Below are positions 51,661 to 59,467 of a stretch of DNA of 64,000 bases, in pieces (the first letter of the stretch is position 1; every line of letters starts with the position of its first letter). Source of the DNA: Candidatus Latescibacterota bacterium (lineage in GTDB: Bacteria > Latescibacterota > UBA2968 > UBA8231); assembly GCA_963422735.1 (NCBI GenBank), contig OY730476.1, positions 1,344,001 to 1,408,000 on the forward strand. The letters are read 5' to 3'. The position numbers and the translations under genes were made by a program. A model generated the notes under the pieces. It was not told where the DNA came from. It worked only from the letters and a program-made list of their open reading frames with translations, and searched no databases.

Positions 51661-52221
51661 TGCGGTTTCACCAAGCCAATCACGTATTCTTCGTGCATCC
51701 TCTGTTCAATCTGCGTGTGTCGTTTGGTCCCCCAGCACACTGACATCATGCGTTTGTCGCAATCCAAGCGGCGGACGCCGATTCCGGCCAAGCCAGACGC
51801 TTTCGCCAATGGCAGCGAGCCCCTTTCGCGTCTCGACATCCATGTTGCGCAGATGCGAGGTCCCGACGACAATCACGGTCGCCTTTCCTTTTTTTAAAAC
51901 CCGCTGCATCTCCGCAATCACAGCGTACATCTCGCCGAAATACTGGCGCAAAAATACCGCCTTTTTCGATTTGCATAGCTGATCAATTATCGAGTCCACG
52001 CCAAAGACTGCGAGGTCTTGACGGGTAACAGTGAAGCCTTTGTCCAGCAGCGAATAATCGCGAGTCATCACGCCGCAACAGGCGGTCACTTTGCCATTTG
52101 GGTGGATGGTAATAGCTGAGAATATATCTCCGCATATGCTCTGGACGCAGCTTTCGTCCACGAGAATCATATCTTCTTCTTTGATGTGGTTGGGGCTGTA
52201 CGCAAAAACAATCCGGGCCAT
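51636..52221 (-). pseudogene. DNA methyltransferase C-terminal remnant fused to a radical-SAM SPASM-like fragment
   Basis: YFGEMYAVIAEMQRVLKKG..IVVG and RMHEEYVI, preceded by CGDIFSAITIHPNGKVTACCG. Confidence 0.55.
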
Positions 52222-52604
52222 GACTAGCCATCTGCAAGGGACCTGTTCTCATGGAGATACCGAAAATAGGCACACTAGTAGGTTCCCGCCCTGTCAATGG
52301 ATTCGATCGTCGAATAGTCTATCTAGGCCAATATGTATCGGGATCCGAGGTTTCATATCAGAATCTCCTGTAGGTCTCTAAATACTTGAAATCGGCAGAT
52401 TCCAAGCATGGAGCCGTACAGACTACTGGCAACCCGGCATCGTATGAATCGCCAAGTGTCAGCGAAGCGATCCTTGAGCGGGTCTAAAAAATTGTATTCT
52501 AACGGCGGAAAAAGTGAAAATGGGGATAAGTATTTATTTTTTAATGCCTTACGTTTATTTTTTCAGCGAGGAATTGGGGATAGAAGCAGGATGTAGTCTC
52601 TGAG

Positions 52605-52747
52605 AAGCGGTCTGAAAACCCCCGTTGGGCCGCGTTGAGCAGCGGGCGAGAGGCCCTAGAATGGAGCGTTTTTCGAGGACGAGAGGCCCTCGCTCCCAAG
52701 TTATTTTCTGCACGAAAGGGACAGCAGCCGGAGTTTTCAGACCGCTT
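52605..52747. mobile_element. MITE-like element with 15-bp perfect terminal inverted repeats
   Basis: AAGCGGTCTGAAAAC (52605-52619) / GTTTTCAGACCGCTT (52733-52747); no transposase. Confidence 0.65.
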
Positions 52748-53055
52748 TTGAGACAGGTACTGCCGGCGGCAACTTCATCTCAAATGTTGGATTGTTTATC
52801 ATCTTCCGGTTCGTCCTCCGACGAGCGGAATAGCAGGCTTCGCTTCAGGGGGTCGAATATATTGAGACGGTAAGAGCGTTTTCAAAAAAAATTTCGCGGC
52901 ACCGCAAAAAGTTTAGTTGTTGACCTTCACGTAAGTTGATTTACAGCCTTGACTCCAATGCCAATACGGGAGAGGTGTGAACCAAGTTTGGTGAATCTCA
53001 ATAAGGTTGTCGATCCTGCCGATCTCCTCGTCTTTGGCCTCGAGGAAGGTCACGC

Positions 53056-54336
53056 TCAGCGTTCCTCATCCTCCGATTTCTCCTCGTCCTTCTCCTCAAG
53101 CTGGCTGCGAATGACGCTTGGGTCTTCGGCGACGCGGTCGCCGCCGGCAAGGCCAGAGAGGATTTCAAAGCGAGTCGAGGTCTCAATACCGATGGCCAAT
53201 TCTACTTCGGCGAAAGCACTCAGCGGCAGGTGCAGTGCGCTGTCCGGACGCGTGCTGTCCGCAGCGGCGGCCAACGAATCCGGCGACTGGGCGATGTAGG
53301 CGACAAAGCGCTCGCGCACATCCGCGCCTCGCTCGTCTTCTCCGTCCTCATCGTCAAAAACCTCCAGCACCCGCTCAACCGGCAAGTACAACGCGCTGTC
53401 GCGTCGCGCAAAGAGAATGTCGATGTCGCAGGACATGCCCTGGCGCAGGCGCGGCGCGTGCTCGGTTATCTCGATCTCGGTATCAAAGGTGACGATGGTG
53501 CTGCCCTGCTTCTGCTGACCCACCGGCGCAATCCAGCGCACCCGGCCGCCATAGGTGGTGTCGGGATACGCATCCACGACAATGCTCACGGCTTGGCCGA
53601 CCTGCACCCGGCCAATGTCGATTTCCGCGATGTCGCCGCGCACGATCAGCTGGCTAGGGTCGCCGATCTGGAAAAGCACCGTCCCACCCGAATACGATGA
53701 CAGCCCAGAGGCCACCACCTCGCCGATTTCTACGTTGCGACGGATGACAATGCCGTCGATCGGGGCGAGGATATGCACCTCGTCAAGCGCGACTTGATCT
53801 TCCGAAAGCGGGGCGCGGTGTAGGTTGGCCTTGGCTTCAAGCATGTCGAGTTCGAGCTGAGCCAAGCGCAGGCTGGTGCGCGCTCGCGTCAGGCGCACCT
53901 CGGCTTCCTCAAACTGCTTGGCCGGCACCATCTTGCGGTCGAAGAGAGCCTTCTGGCGGGCGAAGTTGCGCTCCTCTTCCGCCAAGTTGATCTTGCCCTG
54001 TTCCACGCTCGAGCGCTTCTGATATAATTGCAGCGATTGATTGGGGTCTGGCTCGATGACGGCCATCAGCTCGCCCGTCTCAACCCACGCACCGGCCTCT
54101 ACGGGCAACTCGCGGATTTCGCCGGCAATGGTAGATTTGACCTCCACGGTGCGCACCAGTTCGATGCGGCCGGTTTCGGCCAGCTTATCGACGACCGAGC
54201 CCCGCTCGACGACCGCGGTGGGATAGGTCTCTTCGGTCTTTTCCTGCCGCAAGTTGAAATAGACCGCGGCTCCGACCGAGCCGGCCAAAAGCAAGAAGAC
54301 GAGGAGCTTCAAGAGGCTGCGTTTCTTGGTCGCCAC
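53056..54336 (-). CDS. MacA/HlyD-type periplasmic adaptor subunit
   Basis: N-terminal TM; APIDGIV; EIDIGRVQVGQ; LRQGMS. Confidence 0.9.
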   Translation of the reverse strand: MATKKRSLLKLLVFLLLAGSVGAAVYFNLRQEKTEETYPTAVVERGSVVDKLAETGRIELVRTVEVKSTIAGEIRELPVEAGAWVETGELMAVIEPDPNQSLQLYQKRSSVEQGKINLAEEERNFARQKALFDRKMVPAKQFEEAEVRLTRARTSLRLAQLELDMLEAKANLHRAPLSEDQVALDEVHILAPIDGIVIRRNVEIGEVVASGLSSYSGGTVLFQIGDPSQLIVRGDIAEIDIGRVQVGQAVSIVVDAYPDTTYGGRVRWIAPVGQQKQGSTIVTFDTEIEITEHAPRLRQGMSCDIDILFARRDSALYLPVERVLEVFDDEDGEDERGADVRERFVAYIAQSPDSLAAAADSTRPDSALHLPLSAFAEVELAIGIETSTRFEILSGLAGGDRVAEDPSVIRSQLEEKDEEKSEDEER

Positions 54337-54337
54337 G

Positions 54338-55030
54338 TCAACCTCCGGGGCCGAGGGTGCTGAAGAATGCGCCGATGGCGAGAAAAATTAGAGTGATGGC
54401 CGCAACACTCACATAGGCGCGGCTGCGCTCTATCTGCCCGACGATAGACAAACCGAGGCCGGCGACGACGACCATCCAGACGGCAAAGGGATCGATAAAA
54501 CTCAATAAAGCTCCCGCGAAATTTTTTTGGGCCTCCTCGGGGAGGAACATTCCCAGCCCTATTTGCACCTTCATCGTCTCATTGGCCAAGACCAGCGGGG
54601 CCTTGACAATGTGCTGGAGAATGGAAATCAGCGACGTATAGGCTACTACGGCCAAGCAGTGACCATAGCCCAGTAGGCCGCCGAGTAATTTGCCTACCAA
54701 GAGGTAGATCGCAGCACCAATAAAGAGCATGACAAACGTCATAACCGGTGCGGCAATTAGCGTACTGAGCAGGATGGCGTCTGCAGTGCCTTCCATTTCA
54801 CCGCTTTGTTCTGCGGGCATCTGCTGCTTCACCTGCTCCATCGCCTCAGCCACGTAGATAGGCGAGGTTAAATACGTGGAGGCGAAGGTCACCGCCGCGA
54901 CTACAATGATCGGCACCAACCAGTCGGCAGCACTGCGCTGCTCTCTTACGGCCTCAAAGGTCTCGGATGGAGCGTAGAAGACGCGGAATATGCGGCCGAC
55001 GATGCTGATTTCTGCTTGGGGAGCTTCCAT
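54338..55030 (-). CDS. Yip1 family membrane protein
   Basis: RIFRVFYAPSETFE; about 5 TM segments; IDPFAVW. Confidence 0.85.
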   Translation of the reverse strand: MEAPQAEISIVGRIFRVFYAPSETFEAVREQRSAADWLVPIIVVAAVTFASTYLTSPIYVAEAMEQVKQQMPAEQSGEMEGTADAILLSTLIAAPVMTFVMLFIGAAIYLLVGKLLGGLLGYGHCLAVVAYTSLISILQHIVKAPLVLANETMKVQIGLGMFLPEEAQKNFAGALLSFIDPFAVWMVVVAGLGLSIVGQIERSRAYVSVAAITLIFLAIGAFFSTLGPGG

Positions 55031-55174
55031 GGCGGTTCCCTCCTGTTGGGTGAAAGCGAGTTCGGCAAGCAGAAGCTACTTGCCCGATACTCCGTCCATG
55101 AAAGCAAACTAACGATTGTCTAGCACAGTTCCAAACAAAGCTCCAACAGGGCAACCACAAAGATGGCCCACCTG

Positions 55175-56164
55175 CTACAACCACTGTAATAAGAAACGAG
55201 CCTGTGCCTCCTCTAGGCTTAGCAAGCCTTGTACGTACTCGCGGATGCGCTTCAGCATGGCCGCCGGGTCGTTGTACGCTCCCTTGAAGAACAAGTCGCT
55301 CGTCGTCTCCCAACGCCGGCCTATGTCCCCAAAGGCATCGGCCGCAGCCGACAGAGCACCCAAGCCGGTTGCCGCCGCTAGCCGCCGCAGGTTGTCGTCC
55401 AGCCGCCGCCGCTGCGGGCCGAGTAGGGCCATCTGGCTAAACACCTCCTGCATCCAAACGCGCAGGCTCTCTTCGTCCCGCCCAATCTGACGCTCCATCT
55501 CTTCGACAAAGCGCTGCGCGGCTGGCAGGCCCGTCTCTACCCGGCCGACCTTGTTGCCCGCGAGCATCTCCCGCACATCTTCCAAGAGTACCTGCCCCAT
55601 TTTTTCAACTGGATAGGGGTCGAGGCCCTCGGGTACCGCGTAGTCGTACACCACCAGCTCGGGCAACATCTCGGGCAAGCAAGACAGCGGAACCTTCCCC
55701 ACAAAGCCCTGCGGATTGACCAAGATCATCAGCACATCTGCTGCTTGATCGTACCCGGAGATGAGCATGGCTTCGCTCGCGCCGGGTGTGCGATTGTAGT
55801 AAAAGGCCGCATCGCTCACATCGCGTGCATCCACCCAAGCGAGCAACACCCGGTCGGCGGCAATCAACTCCTCAATCGCCTGCCACAGGTCGGCAAAATT
55901 ATCGCGGCGCACCTCGCGGCGCTCAATTCCGTAGAGATAGTACAGGTTGCGGTGGAGCAGCTCGTCGGCGGGCAGGCCGACTGGCATTCTCTCCTCGGCG
56001 TCAAAAAAGAACGACCAGCTCATCAAGGCCCCGTAGTACGCTCGCTCGTCGGCGAGCTGGGGGCTGTAGTATTGGAGCGCGGCCATAATAGTTTCCCCAG
56101 AGACGAACAACATGGGGCGCCCCTCGACTCGGTATAGATTAACAGGGCACAGTACCTTTTTCAC
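55175..56164 (-). CDS. BtrH-like protein (papain/NlpC-like N-domain plus helical C-domain)
   Basis: LLAWVD, MLISGYD, TGLPAAQRF pattern. Confidence 0.55.
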   Translation of the reverse strand: MKKVLCPVNLYRVEGRPMLFVSGETIMAALQYYSPQLADERAYYGALMSWSFFFDAEERMPVGLPADELLHRNLYYLYGIERREVRRDNFADLWQAIEELIAADRVLLAWVDARDVSDAAFYYNRTPGASEAMLISGYDQAADVLMILVNPQGFVGKVPLSCLPEMLPELVVYDYAVPEGLDPYPVEKMGQVLLEDVREMLAGNKVGRVETGLPAAQRFVEEMERQIGRDEESLRVWMQEVFSQMALLGPQRRRLDDNLRRLAAATGLGALSAAADAFGDIGRRWETTSDLFFKGAYNDPAAMLKRIREYVQGLLSLEEAQARFLLQWL

Positions 56165-56227
56165 GGTGTCCTCGGTCGGTTAGAGAGTCGTGACTCATTT
56201 TGCAATCATGGCAGCGAGGCGGGATCT

Positions 56228-56466
56228 TTCCGCGCCTGTCCTGCCCGAAGGCAAGGTGAAGCAGGCGCGAACAGGACGCATCTCCCTCGAAGAAGGAGAA
56301 CAGGAGGCCCCCGAAGGGGCCGGGCCGTGTCCAACATTCCTGCAGAATGCAGCGATGTCTCTACCTATTCGCCAAGGCGGAGGGAGCGACCCTTCGCCGG
56401 GTCTCGGCTATTGTATTAAGCAGATAACCCGACTAAGGCGGGATCTGCAAGGAATGCTGGACAGCC
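56228..56466 (-). ncRNA. Unassigned structured RNA / 5' leader
   Basis: 14-bp outer stem (56463-56450 with 56341-56328) with a G-U pair only on the minus strand; inner hairpins; three downstream cUUCG-capped hairpins; candidate promoter TTGTCG-18-TATCTT just upstream. Confidence 0.65.
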
Positions 56467-56648
56467 TGAAGATAGGGGGAGATGACCGCTGGCGACAAGG
56501 CAAACGGAAAAAATCCTTAACGGGTAACGGTGGCGTTACGTAGATTCCAAAATCGGCTACACTGGCAGACACCCGCACACACATCGGCCAAGGAGCAACC
56601 TCCGCCAGTTTTGTATCTTTTTTACGACATCTTTGTTTGGTAATGGTC

Positions 56649-56678
56649 AAAAAAAACCAGCCCCTTTGCGGGGCTGGT
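56649..56678 (-). terminator. Intrinsic terminator of the ABC-ABC-DUF1854 operon
   Basis: CCAGCCCC-GCAAA-GGGGCTGG followed by U8. Confidence 0.9.
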
Positions 56679-56704
56679 CGTCATGCTGTAACTGCGAGCG
56701 CTAG

Positions 56705-57235
56705 TCAGACGACCTGTTCAACCGCTGCCAAACTCTTCTTATCCAGTTCGCCGAGATGAGGAATTTCAAAGCGGTTGCCGTCCACGTCGGTGATCAGCAG
56801 CCGGTGGTCGCCGAGCCACTGGGCGTTTTCCGAGACGTTTTGGACGACGAACTCGCGCGGGCCGCGGTCGGTCTGCACGTCCCAATAAGAAGTGCCGTAT
56901 TCGTTGCGCACCGCGTTGACCCGCTGAATCACCGCCGTCAAATAGCGGCGGTCCAGCTCCTCCTCAATCAAGGCGCACGCCTCTCGATCGAGCTGTTTGA
57001 GGTCGTCGATCATACAGATCTCCTCGTCTTTGGCGTCGAGGAGACAAACATAGCGAGTCGGGTGGGAAAGCGGCGCGGCGCGGACCACCTTCACCTTCAG
57101 GTACGAGCGGTCGCCGTCGAGGGTCAAGCGCAAAATCCAAGCCGGCTCGCGGAAGAGGCGCAGCTTGCCAATTTCTACGTGCTCGGGGTGAGTCACGGAA
57201 ATCGGGGTGATCGATAGTTTTGCGTTATCTGTCAT
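56705..57235 (-). CDS. DUF1854 domain protein
   Basis: VRAAPLSHP..YV, EELDRRY, WDVQTDRG, DVDGNRFEI. Confidence 0.85.
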   Translation of the reverse strand: MTDNAKLSITPISVTHPEHVEIGKLRLFREPAWILRLTLDGDRSYLKVKVVRAAPLSHPTRYVCLLDAKDEEICMIDDLKQLDREACALIEEELDRRYLTAVIQRVNAVRNEYGTSYWDVQTDRGPREFVVQNVSENAQWLGDHRLLITDVDGNRFEIPHLGELDKKSLAAVEQVV

Positions 57236-57249
57236 TGCGTCGTTCCTTG

Positions 57250-59460
57250 CTAGCCGCTGGTGGCCATGACCGCCGATGTCTCGTGTTGGGTCTTTACGAG
57301 ATTGTAAAAAATGCCCTCGCGCGCCATGAGTTCCTCGTGCGTGCCAATTTCGGCTATTTTGCCCTCGTCGAGGACCACGAGGCGATCCGCGCTGCGCAAG
57401 GTCGAGAGCCGGTGGGCAATGGCGAAGGTCGTGCGGCCTTTGACGAGCCGCTGAATCGCCTCTTGGATCTTTTTCTCGGTCGGCGTGTCGAGCGACGAAG
57501 TCGCCTCGTCTAAGATCAGGATCCTCGGATCGTGGAGAATGGCCCGCGCAATCGCGATGCGCTGCTTCTCGCCGCCGGCGAGTTTGTTGCCCTGCTCCCC
57601 GACGACCATGTCGTACCCGTCGGGCTGTTTGACGATGAACTCGTGGGCGTTGGCCGCACGGGCCGCACGCAAAATCTCGTCGAACGTGGCACCGGACTTG
57701 CCGTAAGCAATGTTTTCGGCAATCGTGCCATTGAACAAAAACGACTGCTGGGCAACCAAGCCGATCTGCGAGCGCAGGTCGCGCAGGCAAATTTTGCGGA
57801 TATCGACCCCATCAATGGCGAGGCGGCCGAGCGAGACATCGTAAAAGCGCGTGATTAGGTTGATCAGCGTACTCTTGCCCGCCCCAGACTTGCCCACCAA
57901 GCCGATCATCTCGCCCGGTTGCACCACTAAGTCGATGTCGCGCAGGACGACCTTGCCCGGGTCGTAGCCAAAAGCCGCGCCTTCAAAGGCTACTTGGCCC
58001 TTAAGCGCGGGAGCGCGCTGGGCACTGGGATTGTCGAAAGGCTCGGAGGGCGCATCGACGATTTCAAAGATGCGCTCGGCACCGGCAAAGGCCCGCACCA
58101 TGAAGCTATAGAAGTCGCCAAACCACTTGAGCGGGTGGTAGAGCATCCACAGATAGGCGATAAAGGCCATCAGCTCACCCAGCGACAGGTCGCCACCAAC
58201 GATCTGCTGACCGCCGAAATACCACACGAAGAACCCGCCAAAGCTCATAAAAAAGTTGGTCACCATGAAGAAGACTAACCAAGAGCGCTCTGCGCTGACG
58301 CTGATTTGGCGCAAGGCGTGGTTGCGCTGATCAAAGCGCTCGGACTCGCGGTGCTCTTGCGCAAAAGCCTTGACAACGCGGATGCCGGCGATCGACTCGT
58401 TGAGATGAGTAGTAAGCCGCGACCAGCGCGCCGACCAACGGCCCCAGAAGCGCTGGAGGCGATTCCAGATGAGGCTTGAGCCAATGACAATCGGCGGCAC
58501 CGGGGCCAGCACGTAGAGGGTCAGCTCCCAGTTCATGTAGAACAGCAGCCCCAGGATGCCGACGATCATCGCGGCATTAGAGACGATGTAGGGCATGTCA
58601 AAGAGCAGATAGTCTTCGACCATCTCCGAGTCGTTGTTCATGCGGGAGATCAAGGCACCAACCTTGCGCTTGTCGTAAAAGCGCAGGGGCAGGTACTGGA
58701 GTGCCTTGAACAAGTCCGTGCGCAAGTGCTCGATGGCGCGGAAGCCGACCCGAGTGTTGAGCCAGCGGCGGACCACACCGACGCCCCACTCGACGACCCC
58801 AATCAAGAAAAGGCCGCCGACTAGCCAGTAGAGCAGGTTGGTAGCCGCGCCGGGGACGAGTACGTCGTCGATGAGATGCTTAATGATATAGGGCGGTGCC
58901 AACTCCAGAAGCGAGGAGAACACGGTCAAGCCTAGCAACGAGACTAGCTGGAGGCGATAGGGCAGCATGTAGCGGATCAGGCGCTTAAAGGTATCGAATT
59001 TGGCGATGCAGACCGGGCATATCCCGCCCACCTCGGGCAGCCGACGCTGGCATTGCTCGCAGTGCGTGTAGTCGAGCTCGTGAGGCAGGTTGAGATCTTG
59101 GCCCTCTTTAAGCTGTGCGATGCCCCCGGCGACCTCGGCGAATTTGGGCGCTAGTGAATTGGAGTAGTACAGATGCGTTGGTGCGCCCTCTTCGCGCTCC
59201 AGCTCCAAGCGCCCACCGCCGACTAGCGCCTCAATGCGGGCGGACTTGACCGACGACAGCGAAAATTCCACATCGCCGCCCGAGCCGTTCGGCTCCAAGA
59301 CCATCAGGCGCTTCGACGTGACGACCAACCAGAGCTGCTCAAAGCGGTCCTCGCCGACCATATCCGTGGCGACTTGGATCAGGACTTGCTCCTCGCGGCC
59401 CTTGCGCGATTCGACTTTGGCTTCGACGGTGCGCGGTAGATTTTCCAAAAAGGTGGACAT
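57250..59460 (-). CDS. ABC exporter (TMD+NBD) with N-terminal extension
   Basis: GKSGAGKS, LAGGEKQR (degenerate signature), ILDEATS. Confidence 0.93.
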   Translation of the reverse strand: MSTFLENLPRTVEAKVESRKGREEQVLIQVATDMVGEDRFEQLWLVVTSKRLMVLEPNGSGGDVEFSLSSVKSARIEALVGGGRLELEREEGAPTHLYYSNSLAPKFAEVAGGIAQLKEGQDLNLPHELDYTHCEQCQRRLPEVGGICPVCIAKFDTFKRLIRYMLPYRLQLVSLLGLTVFSSLLELAPPYIIKHLIDDVLVPGAATNLLYWLVGGLFLIGVVEWGVGVVRRWLNTRVGFRAIEHLRTDLFKALQYLPLRFYDKRKVGALISRMNNDSEMVEDYLLFDMPYIVSNAAMIVGILGLLFYMNWELTLYVLAPVPPIVIGSSLIWNRLQRFWGRWSARWSRLTTHLNESIAGIRVVKAFAQEHRESERFDQRNHALRQISVSAERSWLVFFMVTNFFMSFGGFFVWYFGGQQIVGGDLSLGELMAFIAYLWMLYHPLKWFGDFYSFMVRAFAGAERIFEIVDAPSEPFDNPSAQRAPALKGQVAFEGAAFGYDPGKVVLRDIDLVVQPGEMIGLVGKSGAGKSTLINLITRFYDVSLGRLAIDGVDIRKICLRDLRSQIGLVAQQSFLFNGTIAENIAYGKSGATFDEILRAARAANAHEFIVKQPDGYDMVVGEQGNKLAGGEKQRIAIARAILHDPRILILDEATSSLDTPTEKKIQEAIQRLVKGRTTFAIAHRLSTLRSADRLVVLDEGKIAEIGTHEELMAREGIFYNLVKTQHETSAVMATSG

Positions 59461-59467
59461 GGATGGT

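Noticed and set aside
56190-56543. 117-aa plus-strand ORF
   Set aside because: No recognisable motif; the region is better explained by minus-strand RNA structure.
56490-56615. c-di-GMP-I (GGCAAAC) or ZTP (ACTGGCG) riboswitch
   Set aside because: Only short words match; the remaining consensus elements are absent.
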